From Octopus bimaculoides (Eukaryota): DNA of 32,123 bases. Made by a program: the position numbers and the translations under genes. How positions within the stretch are numbered: position 1 is the stretch's first letter; each line of letters opens with the position of its first letter. The notes below the pieces were generated by a model, which was given only the letters and a program-made list of their open reading frames with translations, had not been told where the DNA came from and searched no databases. This document shows positions 32,081 to 32,123 of this stretch, piece by piece. Where the stretch lies: assembly GCF_001194135.2 (NCBI RefSeq), contig NC_068981.1:481781-513903 (forward strand). The letters run 5' to 3'.

Positions 32081-32123
<43 letters not shown>
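31929..32123 (+). mobile_element. Diverged family A head running into (TG)(TA)n at the window edge
   Basis: TAGCTGTGTGG...CATCTTGAGCAAGTGTCTTCTGCTATAACC. Confidence 0.7.

Overview
AT-rich, repeat-dense eukaryotic DNA with three assembly gaps (12635-13244, 18960-19402, 26000-26349). The SINE and microsatellite content looks like an Octopus genome (inferred from recalled repeat families, not verified). No ORF in the supplied track is a complete gene: most are microsatellite, N-run or transposon-antisense artefacts. Four short + strand exons with canonical AG/GT sites and compatible phases (5640-5745, 21026-21176, 23581-23702, 25462-25569) splice into a stop-free 162-codon fragment of an unidentified, probably alpha-helical-repeat protein. 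The introns hold five recurring SINE-like families (my labels A-E), LINE fossils (RTE, Tx1/L1, CR1), DNA-transposon fossils and MITEs, and a decayed U6 snRNA copy. Two items stand out. One is a tRNA-headed SINE whose tail carries a Penelope-type minimal hammerhead ribozyme, inserted as an inverted dimer inside one 13-bp target-site duplication (11178-11625). The other is a ~1 kb intronic fold-back with a ~97%-identical core (16551-17593).
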